From Desulfosudaceae bacterium (GTDB lineage: Bacteria > Desulfobacterota > Desulfobacteria > Desulfobacterales > Desulfosudaceae), in the NCBI GenBank assembly GCA_963674745.2, contig CAXXDV010000001.1, positions 2,464,001 through 2,528,000 of the forward strand: DNA of 64,000 nucleotides. Direction: 5' to 3'. Numbering within the stretch: the first letter of the stretch is position 1; the number at the start of each line of letters is the position of its first letter. This document shows, in pieces, positions 62,449-64,000 of this stretch. A program made the position numbers and the translations under genes. The notes below the pieces were generated by a model that was not told the origin of the DNA, searched no databases, and saw only the letters and a program-made list of their open reading frames with translations.

Positions 62449-64000
62449 ATGGCGCATCGCCTGGAAATAGCCCTGCGGTCCGATCTGACCGATCCGGCCG
62501 GGGAAACCGTCAGAACACGGGCGGCCGCATACCTGTCCGTTCATCCGGTATCGGTCAGGGTCGTTCATATTATCACCATTGACGCCGATCTTGACGAACA
62601 GCAGCAGGCCGCAGTCAGTGACATTTTTACCAATCCGGTTACCCAGATTTCTTCTTATTTACCGTTGGATATTCCTTTTGACTGGGTGATCTGGGTGGGT
62701 TACCGGCCGGGCGTCAAGGACAACCCCGGTGATACCGCCCGGGAAGCCATGGTTGACAGCCTGGGGGACGCTTTTCCGTTGGACAGCGGGGTCTACACCT
62801 CCAGGCGTTACTGCCTGCGGGCGCCGGACATGACGGCCGAACAGGTGGACCGCATTGCCCGGGAACTGCTGGCCAATGACACTATCGAGCAGTGGCGGAT
62901 TTTCTCAAAGCAGGAATGGGACGACAGCCAGGGCATCGGCCTGATTATTCCCAGGGTTAAACTCGATCACGAACCCACGGTGACGGTCATTCCGGTAGAT
63001 ACGGATGAGGCCCTGCTGGCGGTCAGCGATCAGCGTAACCTGGCTTTGAACCCCAATGACGTGCCGACCATCCGGGAATATTTTCTGCGGCCGGATGTGC
63101 GGCAACAGCGACAGGCCGTGGGCCTGTCCGATCCCACCGATATTGAACTGGAATACATATCCCAGGCCCGCAGCGACCACTGCAATCACAATACCTTTAA
63201 CGGACTGTTTCACTACCGGGATCTGGCCACCGGGGAGGGCCGGACCATTGACAGCCTGTTTGTCACCTGTATCCGTCAGCCGACCCTGGAGCAGAAACAA
63301 AAGAAACCCTGGGTGGTGTCGGTGTTGTGGGACAATGCCGGTGCCGCGCGTTTTGATGACAGCCATAATTATGTGATCACCGGTGAAACCCATAACTCGC
63401 CCTCCAACATGGAAGCTTACGGCGGGGCCATGACCGGTATCGTCGGTGTTTATCGCGACCCCATGGGTACGGGCAAGGGCGCCCGGCTGGTGATGGGCGG
63501 ATACGGTTTTTGCACCGGCCATCGCGATTATGCCGGTGAGCTTACGCCCCGCCTTCATCCCCGGCGTCTGCTGGATGGTGTTATCGAGGGTGTTCGTGAC
63601 GGGGGCAACAAGAGCGGTATTCCGACCACCTTCGGACAGGTTTATTTTGATGACGGTTACCTGGGTAAGTGCCTGGTGTTTGTGACCGCCATTGGTATCA
63701 TGCCGGCCCGGGTAGACGGCAAGCCTTCCGAAGAAAAGACCACCACGCCCGGAGAGCTGATCATCATGTGCGGCGGCAGGGTGGGTAAAGACGGCATCCA
63801 CGGGGTGACCGCGTCTTCGGAGGTCTTTTCCGAGACCACGCCGGCCGGTCATGTACAGATCGGCGACCCCTATACCCAGAAAAAGATGCACGATTTTCTG
63901 TTAGAAGCCCGTGACCGGGGGATGATCCGTTTTATTACCGACAACGGCGGCGGCGGGCTTTCCTCGTCCGTTGGTGAGTCGGCTGAATTCGCCGGTGGCT
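62449..64000 (+). CDS. purL: Phosphoribosylformylglycinamidine synthase PurL-type (partial, runs off right edge)
   Basis: AGGAGG RBS; MAHRLEIALR...QARSDHCNHNTF...ETHNSPS...GGNKSG...GGRVGKDGIHG...VQIGDP...DNGGGGLSS. Confidence 0.9.
   Translation, partial: MAHRLEIALRSDLTDPAGETVRTRAAAYLSVHPVSVRVVHIITIDADLDEQQQAAVSDIFTNPVTQISSYLPLDIPFDWVIWVGYRPGVKDNPGDTAREAMVDSLGDAFPLDSGVYTSRRYCLRAPDMTAEQVDRIARELLANDTIEQWRIFSKQEWDDSQGIGLIIPRVKLDHEPTVTVIPVDTDEALLAVSDQRNLALNPNDVPTIREYFLRPDVRQQRQAVGLSDPTDIELEYISQARSDHCNHNTFNGLFHYRDLATGEGRTIDSLFVTCIRQPTLEQKQKKPWVVSVLWDNAGAARFDDSHNYVITGETHNSPSNMEAYGGAMTGIVGVYRDPMGTGKGARLVMGGYGFCTGHRDYAGELTPRLHPRRLLDGVIEGVRDGGNKSGIPTTFGQVYFDDGYLGKCLVFVTAIGIMPARVDGKPSEEKTTTPGELIIMCGGRVGKDGIHGVTASSEVFSETTPAGHVQIGDPYTQKKMHDFLLEARDRGMIRFITDNGGGGLSSSVGESAEFAGG

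Noticed and set aside
62400..62449. rseP followed by purL instead of bamA
   Set aside because: A break in this operon after rseP is an ordinary rearrangement; no mobile-element signature at the junction.
19026..63891. Long antisense or alternate-frame ORFs (e.g. 19026..19979, 29997..31070, 41314..42507, 53642..54562, 62905..63891)
   Set aside because: They are shadows of well-supported genes on the opposite strand, as expected with GC-rich third positions.

Overview
Chromosomal segment of a sulfate-reducing Desulfobacterota (Deltaproteobacteria; Desulfobacterales-like gene content), in three parts. (1) 1-37 kb is a dense energy-conservation block. On the minus strand: a PAS kinase, an excisionase-HTH response regulator, two divergent MetF-like genes and hdrA-mvhD-hdrA. 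On the plus strand: usp/kinase/receiver genes, hmcABCDEF, rrf2, a tmc operon with a 7-heme cytochrome, hdrL-flxDCBA, dsrC and ahbA. Five genes here (three hdrA-type, two mvhD-type) are split in the ORF track by in-frame TGA codons. These sit at conserved Cys positions and are each followed by a SECIS-like hairpin, so they are read as selenoproteins. (2) 39.5-48.7 kb is an accessory stretch between truA and tRNA-Arg(CCG). It contains a three-gene cassette (two paralogous secreted tail-fibre-like proteins around a TSP3-repeat/choice-of-anchor/CFI-box anchor protein) bounded by a 47-bp direct repeat of the truA promoter, plus small accessory genes and an orphan TolC. (3) 48.8-64 kb is core housekeeping: folC, rpsU, adk, rho, rpmE, prfA, prmC, rpsB-tsf-pyrH-frr-uppS-cdsA-dxr-rseP and purL. 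Four ~150-bp MITE-like elements are present, two forming an inverted pair around the selenoprotein flxD. No CRISPR, rRNA, integrase or transposase was seen. All family calls are from motif recognition by eye, not database searches.
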